From the human T2T-CHM13v2.0 reference genome, Homo sapiens, in NCBI RefSeq assembly GCF_009914755.1, contig NC_060936.1: a stretch of 64,000 nt of DNA. The stretch is one strand, 5' to 3'. Positions 15,059 to 27,828 of this stretch are shown here, piece by piece. A model generated the notes under the pieces. The model saw nothing but the letters and a program-made list of their open reading frames with translations, searched no databases and had not been told where the DNA came from. The position numbers and the translations under genes were made by a program. Position 1 is the first letter of the stretch. Every line of letters starts with the position of its first letter.

Positions 15059-15188
15059 ACACAGAGGGAGAGAGAGAAAGAGAAAGAGAGAGAGAAAAAG
15101 AAAGAAACTACAGGGGCAGCATTATACAGTGAATAAACTTTAGGTTATAGGGATTGTGGGGGAGCATCTTAGATTTCTGCTTACAACA
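14425..15188 (-). mobile_element. MLT1E-like MaLR LTR
   Basis: CTATTGCTGCATAA...TACAGTTTCTGTGGGTCAGG...CAGCTTAGCTGGGTCTTCTGCTCAG...ATCTGCAAAATCCCTTCA...CATCTTAGATTTCTGCTTACAACA. Confidence 0.85.
15022..15095. repeat. Compound (CA)n(GA)n microsatellite
   Basis: About 20 CA units then a GA-rich tract, read directly. Confidence 0.95.
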
Positions 15189-15229
15189 ATTTCTTAAAGT
15201 AATTTAGGTAGAGATACACAATGCTGTTA

Positions 15230-16020
15230 AAGTTTACCGGAAAATATTATTTGCATTATTTTGGTAATTGCGATTGAATTAGAGTGGTAAAAGACATAGA
15301 GAAAAAATGACAAGTTAAACATATTTTTATTAGTAAACTGAATAGGAATAATTAAGTATCATACAGGATAAATAGTTTCAAAGATAACTGTTGGGTTTCT
15401 GGCTTGAAACATGGATGAATGGTAGATCCATTTACTGAGTTGGAAATAATAGAGAAAGACAAGATTTGGGTGAGCTTATGGGGTTAGTTTTAAATGCATA
15501 AAGTCTTTGTTGCTTTTGAGAACTTTCAAGTAGACAGTCTAGAAAACATGAATTTATAGGCACTTGAAACTTAGTGGAGAGGTCTAGACTAGAGTTATAA
15601 ATCTGAGGGCTCTCTTTGTTAAGTTATAAGCATGAAAGAGATTTAAGCATAGTGAGAAGAGAGATGGTCTATGACAGCACCTTGAGATATTTTAATATTT
15701 AAGGGTGGAACAAAAGAGAATAAACCTTCAATTGACTGAAAATGAGAAGTCAGAGATGTAAGAGAGAAATTAGAAGAGCTGCTTCAATAGGAAAATGAAG
15801 AATGATAAAAGTTAATTAGCTTTACTGATCCAAAAGTCTCCAGTAATTTTCAAGTTCTGGTTTGGTAAAACAATGAGGCTGAAAGATAGGCATGTGTGGT
15901 AAGGAAATAAGTCAGAGAGAAGCTGGCTATGACATTAAACAGACATAGCAGAACTTGAGGGGCTTGATATTCAAGTCAGAGTTTTTTCTTGTTTGTTTTC
16001 TTAATAAGAAAGATTTGGAA
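15230..16020 (-). mobile_element. L2 fragment
   Basis: GGTTTCTGGCTTGA...TGGATGAATGGTAGATCCATTTACTGAG...GGAGAGGTCTAGACTAGAG. Confidence 0.7.
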
Positions 16021-16920
16021 ATTGATAATCTAGTGTCTCAGTAGCTCAATGTTCACAGAGTTTTGCAATTATATTGAATTACAGCAAGCCAATAAAGTTC
16101 AGGGTCATCAAAGTTCAAGCAAGTAGCATAGTCCAGGAAGAGAGCCAATATAACCAATCTTGTATAAACACAAATAAGGTGTGTGAAGGTAAAGTAAATA
16201 GACCAGCTATTAACAGCATGAAGGGCATCTATATGTGATCTGCTGTTACAAAAGTTGCCTGCCTAGGCTTTTTATTATTTACTTTAGGGAATTTTCCACT
16301 TCTCTGTCCTTATAAGGAGATATACTTTTAAAGAGATATAAGTAACATATAATCAAAGTTTTCAATGTACCAGGCAATATATATGAAATACTTTTTCTTA
16401 TTATAATTCTTATTAGCCTTAATTGGACCACAGATGCCAAGAATTGAATTAATTATGGGCTAATGGCAAGCTATAAACATGGGCCATATATGCCCTCTTC
16501 CATTTTATTTAACATATTTTTTAACATATTTTATAGCTCTTGTGATTCTGTAGTTTTTCTACTCTATTTTTGACTGAGTGGGTAAATTTAACTCTGAAGT
16601 GAAGGGTTAGCTAACCCATTGCTTCCAAATTTCTAAACCACATTTTCTAAAATAGCATTTGCAAATGACAAATCTGATATTTATATCTACATTTGTTTGA
16701 TTTCTACATCTATCTCTTAGTTCTGAATTCATGAAGAGTTGTATACAAGGACTTCTCAAACTTCACACATAACAAATTGCTTTTGATTGCACCTTGGAAT
16801 ATTCATTCTTGTTTTTTTTAATTAGGGTAAATATATAATTCACCATTCAAACATGGGTGTTTGAAAATGAGCAGGAGCACTATTAATAATTAACCATCTT
16901 TGCCAGTAACTTTGGAATAT

Positions 16921-17341
16921 TGCACCAGTTAGCTTTGCTGCATAAAACCTGCTCCAAAATATAGTAGTACCTTGAAACAATAATAGCGTCTTATCTTCTG
17001 TAGGTTGGCTGGATGGTTTTAAATTTACCAGTTTTTCTGGGCTGGCAAAACCAGCCTGGAGCATGTAAGGTGGCCTCACTTACATGTCCAGCAGATGTAG
17101 GTAAGCCTCCTTTGGGTAGCCATTTCACATGGCAGTTCCACATTTCCAAAAAGGAGCAAGAGAGGTTAAACCCCAAGGAACAAGCACTTTTCAACTCTGC
17201 TTGCTTCTCAGATTTTCAGGCCTGATTGACCAAAACAAGTCACGTAGCCAAACACAGAGTACTTGCAGGAGGGGTTCTTGAAAGGAGTGCGTAGAGGAAG
17301 ACATAAATAAATCAAGGCCAGTACAGCAACAATCTGCCACA
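16921..17341 (-). mobile_element. MLT1H-like MaLR LTR
   Basis: TGCACCAGTTAGCTTTGCTGCATAA start; CAAGCACTTTTCAACTCTGCTTGC; TTGACCAAAACAAGTCACGTAGCCAA; ends AATCTGCCACA. Confidence 0.8.
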
Positions 17342-18001
17342 AAAAGATACAGTCCCACTCTAAACATTATCTTATTCAACGGAATAGAAGCATGCATGAT
17401 TTCATTTGATTAGAAATAAAACTAACAGTTTTAGGTCGGTAGTAGTTATAAATCAGAGTCAAATTTATGTTTAAGACATTTCACAGTTATTTGCTATTGT
17501 TGTTGATTTCAAAATCAGGATAATTTTCATTCAGAACCTCCATCTGAACAGACTAAAAGAAATTTGAAAACTCATAATACGTGGGCTTCCTCTTCCTGTA
17601 AGTATGTGCCAAGTTTTTGAGATTTTAACTCAGTGCAAAGATGTAAAGGGGAGAAGGGTGTCCTCTCAGCTCAGTGTGGTTACCACTGAGATATGTTTTT
17701 ATTAGGTCTTCTGGTTCTGCTGTTCTCATACAAGTTTGAGGAGTTTTATGACTTTGGTAATCCTGATTTACAGTCCTGCCTCTTCTCTCTTAGATGTACT
17801 ATTTTGTCATTTTCTCTCTGAGGTTTTGCTTTCTCCTTTGGAGAATTGATTCAAATCAAACAACCAAATGCTCTTTCTCCTGCAATCATTCAATTTTCTA
17901 CTTCTAACTTAGGAGAATTTAAAATACATTTACAGTCTGCAGAAACTCTCTCTTCAAACTCTATTCCCTTCAATAGTGTTAAGATTTTTTGGTGAGTATA
18001 A

Positions 18002-18505
18002 GAGTATATACCCAAAGGATTATAAATCATTCTACTATAAAGACACATGCACATGTATGTTTATTGCAGCACTATTCACAATAGCAAAGACTTGGAACCA
18101 ACCCAAATGCCTGTCAATGATAGACTGGATAAAGAAAATGTGGCACATATACACCATGGAATACTATGCAGCCATAAAAAATGATGAGTTCATGTCCTTT
18201 GCAGGGACATGGATGAAGATGGAAACCATTACTCTCGGCAAACTAACACAGGAACAGAAAACCAAACACTGCGTTTTCTCTCTCATAAGTGGGAGCTGAA
18301 CAATGAGAACACATGGACACAGGGAGGGGAACATCACACACTGGGGCCTGTTGGGAGTGGGGGGCTAGGGGAGGGATAGCTTAGGAGAAATACCTAATGT
18401 AGATGATGGGTTGGTGGATGCAGCAAACCACCATGGCATGTGTATACCTATGTAACAAACCTGCAATTTCCTCACATGTATACCAAGACTTAGAGAATAA
18501 AAAAA
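18002..18505 (+). mobile_element. L1PA7-like 5'-truncated 3' fragment
   Basis: ORF2 C-terminus (…AKTWNQPKC…SLISGS*), 3'UTR and short A tail; no clean TSD. Confidence 0.92.
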
Positions 18506-21500
18506 GAATTTGAGAAAATCTTAACCATTCATCAGTGGTTAAGATTTGATGAAAATATTCATCAAATATTTTCTCGGCTAAAAAAGAGACCTCAATATGA
18601 TTTTAAGAATCCTCAAAAGATAAAAACAAAACAAGTCACTTAGCCAAACACAGAGTACTTGTAGCAGGGGTTTCTTGAAAGGAGTGGGTAGAGTTCCCAG
18701 TATCTGGTACATAAATATCTAGAATTCAATGCTGTGTTACACTTGGATTCATTTGAATACAGTAAATAAATGACTTCCTGGAACGTTAAAAAAAAAAAAA
18801 AAGAATGAAGTCTTGAGAACTACTAACTAAATTCTGCTGCTTACTTTCTCTAAGGAACAATACTTCCTACTTGCTTGAGAGGGAACAGGTAGGGAAGAAG
18901 GAGAGAAACACAAATGTGCAACTAAAAACAAAAATTATTTAGTTACATGCTTACTTCAGAATAGCTTTATAAATAATACAAAGTAAACTTTCTAACAATG
19001 TTTTGAATAATAGCATAATTAAAATACGTAGACTCCTATGACTTTAAACTTTGAATGATGAAACATTTTTATGTACGGATTCTTGGACATTTGTTTTTCC
19101 CTCAAAATTTCATAAATATATTAACACAGTACTCACTGTTTTGGTGGTAAATAGTGCATTGATAAATAAGTAAAGACAGGAGAACCAAATAAAAAGCATA
19201 GTACTTTAAGTATGTTTTTGAATAGTCTTAAGTTTATAGATTCTTGAATATCATATTTTGTGTACAAAATATAATTTTTATTTCTGAATGGAACTGCTAA
19301 GGGAAAATGGTACGGACTGGAAGAGAAGTAAATAAGCAAAGATAAGAAAAAAAGTGCTCATTAAGTGTATTGACAGGAAAGAAACATTTTAATAAAAATT
19401 AATTAAAAACTCAAGGGAAAGCAAGATGTCAGTGTAATAAAAAGTGATGTTAAAATATAAAAGGGAGATTGACTGGTGTCAGTTTATTAGCAGTAATCCT
19501 GGGGGAGACAGATTGCTTCTCTAGGCACTGAGAAACACAGCAGTCTGTCAAGCAGTCACTGCACAAAGCATCCACTTCCCCATGGCAAACAGGAAGGGCA
19601 AAACCATCATCACTTTTGGCATTCGGTTAAGTGAAATTATTGTGCTTACTTTTTTGATTGGCTTTATTTTAACTTGCATATGCATATAGTGGTTCCTAAA
19701 ATTATAGAATTGTGCTATTGTTAAAGTTTGATACGACACAACTTAGCTCTACATTTTGAATTGTTCTGATTTAAGCAAATATAGGTATACTGGTTAACTT
19801 TTGAACTGATGAAAATTCGTTACAATTGAATTCTATTTTATTCTGAATTTGAATAAATGTATTTTTAGTATTACAGAAATATGTGTCTATCCCCTAAGTA
19901 TAGGTATCTATTACTACAGTAATGCATACCCGGGTAAATTGCTGAATTGGTAGATAAGGTGATTTCACTGTTACGGACAATTTTGTAATTTGTCTTCCCT
20001 TCTAAGAATTTGAGCTCTATTCATCAACATTTATGAGGACTTCATATTTTTCTGATAAATAATTATTCTTTGTTCTTTGTTTCTTATTTACTCTTTAAAT
20101 AATTTACATATCTTTGCATAGCATAACTAGCTTGGTTCTTTTGATTAAATTTTAGTAGTTAAAAATTCCCATTTTTATCCTTGAGTTATGTAAGTTTAAT
20201 ATGAACTACTACTTTTATTTCTTAGATGAACTTAGCACAGTTTACGTCCATTCATTACTAACATATATGCTATTATTGTTGTGAATTTTAATTATTTCTA
20301 AATTTTAAACCCATTTATGTATTATTTTATATATAATTTTATATACACACATACTCCATAGAGATAGTCATGTACTGAACTAATCCTTGAGAATGTCTAT
20401 TATTAAAGTAGAATAGATTTTGATGAACAATTAGCACTCTTCATCACACATAGAAGCCCCATGGCTTTAAAAATGTTTTTCCTTCTGACTCTGAGAACTC
20501 TGAGCATGAAGAAAATTTACTGCTAAGGCAGGTTAAAAATAAAGGCAGAGAAAACTTGGACTCAATCCATTCAGGAAACAAATACAAAGAATTTCAAGAT
20601 CGGGCAGCTACTTTAATTAACAAATAGACAATCAACATTGTGCATAATTTTTGTAAATCAAATTTCTATATAGGTATATGTTGTTTTATCATTCAGTGTA
20701 TAAAATGAACTTAGAATATATTTGTTGTTGCAAATACTAAGCCATACTAAGGCACTTAAAGAGGGGAATGTAATATCCCAGTACAATGGAAATGAAGAAA
20801 GATGCTATTTGACAAAAAGGTATTAAAAGAGTTGAAAGAACCAAGAATATCAGTTACTAAAACTATTTTCTTAGTCATATTGGACAATGGTCACTACCAA
20901 ATGCTCGAGGAAGAACTGAAAGGGAAAATCAGAATTTCTGTGAATAATTCACTTAATATATTTTTATTTCCAATTTGATACATTATTTTGTTGTTGTCAT
21001 TATGTCTGCGGATTTAATGCTCTCATTTGAGTATCTCTGTAGGATGAATTCTTTGCCACTTATAATGAAAATTATATAATTTTAAGTGGGCACAAATAAG
21101 CAAACTTCTTTACAAAATTCTTTTTATAGGCTCATATTATCTAAGCTATATATTGGATCATTTGTTTGAATCTAACCATTTGATGATTAATAATAAAACA
21201 TTTCATTTAATTTAATGAGTTTATTTAAAGCATTATCATATCATATACTGTACGGAGTATTATAAAATTGTTTGAATACTTGATACATGTGTATATACAT
21301 TGCATGCTAATTTTACAATATGTAAATTAAAACGTATGTCTTTCTGTGAAGTACTATTTTTTGAGTAGGTAATAATACTATGGAAAAAATAAAACATATC
21401 ATAGCTGTGTAAATTTCAGGGAGGTCTTGTGTTACTAAATTACAGGACACTTATCAAGAGAGGTAGAATCTCAGAGTCATCAGTGTCCAATCAGTTGTTC

Positions 21501-22669
21501 TGCAGAAATAGTGTTAAGGGTCTGAGAATTTGAAATGCCATTTTATCTTCATTTATATGAATTTTTAATTTTCATATTTTAAAAATATCTCCCTAACCAA
21601 CTTGACCATGCAGCATATATATGTTCACTGGGATTTTTATTATTATGAGAAATAAATTACCGTCATGAAATAGTGTTATATCATTACTGGTAGATTGATT
21701 ATACTTTGTATGTCTTGAGAACTTAATTGAGTTTGTTGATTTATTTCTAATAGTATGCTAGGAATCTTCTTTTTTATAAGTTTATTTTTTTCTCTAAGTA
21801 ATGAGAAATGGAGATCTCAATAATGTAACATGCCCTAAACTTGTGCAGATTAGATATGCCTTAAATGAATGGTGAGAGTTTAAAATCTTGATTATATACA
21901 TTAAAAAAATTAGTAGACTTAAGATCACATCAGGGAACAATGGACCTCATTCTTTTCTACTGACAATTAATATACCTAAACTATTATCTTATGTTTTATA
22001 GTAGGGATATTCTATTTTTAGCAACTCCCAAACTATCAATGTACTTGATGCATGTATCCTGTACTCTGAGGATCTTCTCTGTAAACATCTCCCCAGACAA
22101 CCAACATTTTTCTTTCAACTCCTCAAATAGCTCCCTCCTCATTTGATAAATATTCTAAGTTCTGCAAATAACATAGCTCTCTTTCTCTTCCAAAACTTCA
22201 ATAAATTCTAGCCTGTCATTTTAAAGAAAATTATTACCAAAAAAAAAAAAGGAAAAATAGAGGCCACATTTTGCCTTTCTTTCTCTTTGCACAACTGGCA
22301 GTCTATATATCACTTATTTTTTATACAACTAATAGGCAAATGGAAATTAGAAAATAACAATAAAAATTTAAGGGCAAGCATGTCATTTTTGTCACAATAA
22401 AAATGGTAATTGTAATTTTCATTGCCAATATCCACAGAGTGATATTTGCTGAAGTGGTCAAGAGACCAAGAGACTAGAAAGATCTTTAAACACAGTACAA
22501 TTTGAGAGCATCTCCTTAAGCTAATTAATAGGCAAAGAGAAAAAGACTGTACAAGAGAAGAAATTTTGGACTTCGTTTGACTTTCAGTTTCATATATGAC
22601 AGACTTTGTACTTGGGAGATAGGAAACATAGTACGCTTTATGTTTAACTGTTTGATATGTACATCTTAG

Positions 22670-22980
22670 TGGCTTTCCAGTGCCTTTTTCTTAGGAGAAC
22701 AGTCCTGCATGAGGCCTACAAAGACCTGCATGGTTTGGCCTCTACCTACTTGTCTAACTTCTTCTAAAACCATGCCACCTCCAGTTTTTCTGCTCCAGCA
22801 CCAGTGATCTTTCTCCATTTCTTCATGTCCCCCATGATTTCTACAACAACACAAATTTTACAGATGCTTTCCTTTTTACCCTAAATTTTCATCTCTCTCC
22901 TCCTTAACTCCAGCTTTTAGCTTACATGTTGCTTACCCAGGGAAGCTTTGATTGACCCCAGGCTAGTTCTGTCTTTCACA
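22670..22980 (+). mobile_element. L2 fragment
   Basis: GTGGCTTTCCAGTGCC...GGCCTACAAAGACCTGCATGGTTTGGCC...CAGGGAAGCTTTGATTGACCCC. Confidence 0.65.
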
Positions 22981-23155
22981 TGGCCACCATCTGATCGAAG
23001 TGTAATATCCACCTTTGGCATTTTGCTAGTGGGAATGTAATTATGGCTCAAGTTTTAGCCCTCAACTCTATGGCTTAAGATGATAGCTCACGATTTAACA
23101 CTTCAATTTTAATTGTGGGTGCTTCTGACCTCAGATAGAACTGAATCATAGTCAT

Positions 23156-23170
23156 ACACACACACACACG

Positions 23171-23202
<32 letters not shown>
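23156..23202. repeat. (CA)n(GA)n microsatellite
   Basis: Read directly. Confidence 0.95.
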
Positions 23203-23204
23203 CT

Positions 23205-23462
23205 CTGATACTCTTGCTTGGATCTGGGATCAGGTAGAGATTAATTCTGCCAGCAGTGGGATAAGCGAACATTGGCCTGTTTCTCAAGTTCTCTGAGTTT
23301 CAAATTTTCCATCTGTACAGTAGAGATAATTACAGAAATGCTTCATATTTATTTCTGTTGTTTTTGCTTATTTTCAGGTGAATTTAACTTATCCAAATAA
23401 AGAGATTCATACAGTGGCTATGCTACCATAGCAATAAATAAATGTTAGGTTTCATTATTATT
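23205..23462 (+). mobile_element. MIR
   Basis: Core CTCTGAGTTTCAAATTTTCCATCTGTACAGTAGAGATAAT; tail AATAAATGTTAGG. Confidence 0.6.
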
Positions 23463-25337
23463 TTCAAAATAATTTATTTCTCCCAATAGTATTTATGAAA
23501 TCGAGAAAGTTTAACTGTTATAACTTTCCCCAAAAAGTTCAAAATATTGACTCTATAGTCTCATCCCACTTTTCTGTCATAATCAAAGCACTGTGCAATT
23601 GATTGGAATTCATATTCTATTTTTTTAAAGAAAAAACATGCAAATTATTTTGAACAGTCAAAATCTATATTTAAATGATAAATTTTAAAAGAAAATAAGA
23701 AAAAGCTTAAATGATATAATCCAGAGAACAATCAATATTACTAAATATGATAAGCTGCAATTTACTAAATCATTTAAAGTTTCCTTGTCCTATATAATTT
23801 GGTAGATAAATATTTGTCTAAAGAAGTTTAGATGACTGATTTTATCCCAATGTACTTATTGATCAATAGCAGTATGAACGACTCTGGTAGACCTAGTAGA
23901 ACAAAGTACTTTATCTGAGAAATCAATGCAAGAAAATACCTGAAATTTTAATAAATTTCACATAAAAAATAAGATAATCAATTTTAATAAAAAAGAATAA
24001 ATGCTGTTGCTATTGAAACAAAACTTTTTCATTAGAGGTGTGAAATTTCTCTCTTGGACACAATTCATTTGAGATTTATTTTGCTACTTTCAAAAAATCG
24101 AGGCTGTCTTGAGACTTTCTGAAATGATTAGTTCTGCTTCCTATTTCCACCTGACAGGCAGAGACTTGCTCTTTATTATCTCTGAGATTGCCCCATTAAG
24201 AGACTAGAGGCAAAGATCCCCATCTTTGCAATCTCTTAAAAGTATGATAAACTACAATTATAGGATCTTCTATTTTCCCTGATCTACAGTTTGCCATCAA
24301 GACACTCATGATGTAACAAACTAATACAGATTTATAAATTCATAGTATTTATAGATTTATATTTTAGTCCAATTCGTAGTTCAATATTGGCACATAAAAT
24401 ATCAAAGTTGTATTGCTAAATATAACAATGACAATTGTTATAGTTAATCCTCAACTAGTCACCAATATAAGAACGAAAATAGTCCCCATGATACAAAGAC
24501 ACTAAAGAATGTAAGTGTGAAAGGACAGTCTTAATAATAAAGTAGTATTCACAAATCATAAATGCTTTTTACTCTAAGTGGTTATTGTAATGGTATTTCT
24601 ATTTAAATTTCTAAGCCATAGCTTCATTTCTATTTGTTCAATGTTCCTTATTTCTCAAAATATGAGAATGTCCACATTAAAAATACAGCCTTAACCATGG
24701 AGTTATTTCATACATATAGTCAGTTAAAGTATATATTAGGTTGATACCATGTGGCGGGATCTTTGCTATGCAGTAAGGACAGAGCGCTGTATAGTTAAGT
24801 CATGTTCCATGGTTATTTGAAGCTTATAACTGTAAATACTAAAATCATTTTATGATTTTATGGACATGGACAACAGTTCCATGTCCAACTCAAATAACAG
24901 TTATTCAATTAACAGAATATATATAAACTTTGACTCCATATACATGGGAAAATATTTTCATACATATAGCTTCCATAAATTATTCTCACTTAATAAAAGT
25001 GTTTTTGTGAAATTCAAAATTATGCAATAATTATCTTCCAAAACATTAATTTTTATATCAACTACATAGGAAAAATGATCTGTTTTGTACATGTAAAATA
25101 TATGCATGCATATGTTTATATATGTGTATGTGTATTGCAATGGTAACGTGGCTTTCAAAGTTTCATCATAAATGCTATATTTACCTATTTGTCATAAAAG
25201 TGTTTTCAAATGCCATAGAGGCATACCTTTTATTTTGAAGCTTTGAATCTTGAAAGTCTTCTTTTGCTAAATATTTATCTTTTTCTAAAAATAAAATAAG
25301 TAATTTTAAAGAAAAAAACAAATTAATACATAAAATT

Positions 25338-25352
25338 CACACACATACACAC

Positions 25353-25396
<44 letters not shown>
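25338..25396. repeat. (CA)n-(TG)n-(TA)n alternating purine/pyrimidine tract
   Basis: CACACACATACACACACA directly followed by ~16 TG units and TATATATAT. Confidence 0.95.
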
Positions 25397-26439
25397 TCTC
25401 TTAATTGGAAGTCCAAAACGTCGAATATATACATTGAATTTAGAAAACTGACCCTATGTAAATTAGCTTCTTTAGTTTCTCTAGTATCTACATGAGACTT
25501 ATTTTTGTTCCTTCAATTGATTATACATTTTTTTCAAATCCTGATTAAAATATAATATATAACTATTTAAAATGGAATCAGAACATAGCCTACAAATTAG
25601 TTTCTTCCAACTTCTAAAAATATTTTTTATGACCATGGTAGAGGTCTTTTTGTACAATGATGATGCTTTATCATGAAGGCATCATCATCATTTCATTTGG
25701 AAGGCAACATTTCAAAACAACATTCCCTATTCAGGCTTCTCCTTTCACCATATTTCTACCTCCACATAGTGTAGTGAAGAAAACGATAGAGCAGGAAAGA
25801 ATAGATGCTGTGGAAGGTCATCACAACCTATGGTTAAAGTTTTCAAAGCTGCCACTCATTCAGAAGAAGGGAACAGAGAATAGGCAAATCTTGGGCAGGA
25901 ATGAATACTGGGATGTACAGATGTTAACTACGACTTTATTTAAGAAAGTTAGACAAAGCCGTTAGGAAAAGCTGTTGTCTCACAAGAGCAGGATAAGCTA
26001 AATGAATCCATGCCATATGTATAGAATTAGGCTGGCTCTTCCAGAGTATGAAAAGGGGAAATAAAATACCATTTGCTCATGACTGCTATCACCAGATACT
26101 GATTCCAGATCTGAGAAATGGATGAGAATGTGAGCAGACATTGAGATAATTGATGCAAGGACGACCTGTGAACAGCAGAATGAGTTAAGTTTTCCATCCC
26201 ACACAATTCCTGGAAAGTATGGGAAGGTTATGATCTTTGTAATATCTGTTATACATGCAATGGGGGCTGCTTGCATGTGTCTTGGGAGGGAATTATATAT
26301 AACGTATACTGGCAACAATCTTTCACAGAAGTTATTTTTAAGTGTAGAGAAAATGTAAGGAAGCTGTCTCTGAGTGCATGCGTGTGTGTGTGTGTGTGTG
26401 TGTGTTGGAAAACTGAACATACTAAAACATAGTGGACAT

Positions 26440-26913
26440 ATTGGAACATATCTAAATCTTATAGAGAGATATTTTCAAAATACATATCTTGTTATATATT
26501 TGAAATATAAATGTGGAAATATATGTGTATATATATATATATTTATATATTCCAAATAAAAAAGGGAGCAAAATAAAAAAAAGATGACCAGCTTGAGGTA
26601 GAAGAGAAAAAGAATAATCAAACAATTGAGAACATCAACAGCACAGAAAACAAATACTAAGATGAGCAAATGCAAAAGCTAACCATAGAAAAAAGAGATA
26701 CTTTGGAAACCATAAAAACCAAAAAGGTAATTTTTATAATTCAGTTATTATATTCAGGTCTTCAAGTCTTCAGATATATTTAAGAATATAATAGTAAATA
26801 ATTTTTAAAAAGCAGGAAAAAGGGGAACCAGACAGCAATAAGGAATTCATGAGAATTTCTAAATTGCCACAATTTAAAATTTAACATAAAAGCTCTAAGA
26901 AAGACAATTCTTT
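26440..26913 (+). mobile_element. Ancient HAL1/L1M ORF1-like remnant (left part)
   Basis: A-rich degenerate ORF1-like sequence that continues beyond the L1PA2 TSD at 32952. Confidence 0.4.
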
Positions 26914-26924
26914 AAAAAAGTTGA

Positions 26925-27828
26925 GGGGAGGAGCCAAGATGGCCGAATAGGAACAGCTCCCATCTACAGCTCCCAGTGTGAGCAACGCAGAAGACGGGTG
27001 ATTTCTGCATTTCCATCTGAGGTACCAGGTTCATCTCACTAGGGAGTGCCAGACAGTGGGTGCAGGTCAGTGGGTGCGTGCATCGTGCGCTAGCCGAAGC
27101 AGGGCGAGGCATTGCCTCACTTGGGAAACGCAAGGGGTCAGGGAGTTCCCTTTCCGAGTCAAAGAAAGGGGTGACGGATGCACCTGGAAAATCAGGTCAC
27201 TCCCACCTGAATATTGCGCTTTTGGGACAGGCTTAAAAAACGGCACACCACGAGATTATATCCTGCACCTGGCTCGGAGGGTCCTATGCCCACGGGGTCT
27301 TGCTGATTGCTAGCACAGCACTCTGAGATCAAACTGCAAGGCAGCAGCGAGGCTGGGGGAGGGGTGCCCACCATTGCCCAGGCTTGCTTAGGTAAACAAA
27401 GCAGCCGGGAAGCTCAAACTGGGTGGAGCCCACTGCAGCTCAAGGAGGCCTGCCTGCCTCTGTAGGCTCCACCTCTGGGGGCAGGGCACAGACAAACAAA
27501 AAGACAGCAGTAACCCCTGCAGACTTAAATGTCCCTGTCTGACAGCTTTGAAGAGAGCAGTGGTTCTCCCAGCATGCAGCTGGAGATCTGAGAACGGGCA
27601 GACTGCCTCCTCAAGTGGGTCCCTGACCCCTGACCCCCGAGCGGCCTAACTGGGAGGCACCCCCAGCAGGGGCACACTGACACCTCACACGGCAGGGTAT
27701 TCCAACAGACCTGCAGCTGAGGGTCCTGTCTGTTAGAAGGAAAACTAACAAACAGAAAGGACATCCACACCAAAAACCCATCTGTACATCACCATCATCA
27801 AAGACCAAAAGTAGATAAAACCACAAAG
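26925..27828 (+). promoter_or_regulatory. L1 5'UTR internal sense promoter and antisense promoter; intact YY1 site
   Basis: YY1 motif CAAGATGGCCG at 26935-26945; UTR length fits the ~0.9-kb young L1PA type; many CpGs decayed to TpG/CpA. Confidence 0.85.
27192..27374 (-). pseudogene. ORF0: L1 ORF0, prematurely terminated at 60 aa
   Basis: MVGTPPPASL...GVT* begins ~450 nt into the 5'UTR on the antisense strand; codon 61 is TGA where intact ORF0 continues (CGA) to 71 aa. Confidence 0.85.

Noticed and set aside
27611-27826. 71-aa antisense ORF in the L1 5'UTR, same length as ORF0
   Set aside because: Wrong position and sequence, and no ATG start; true ORF0 starts MVGTPPP at 27374.
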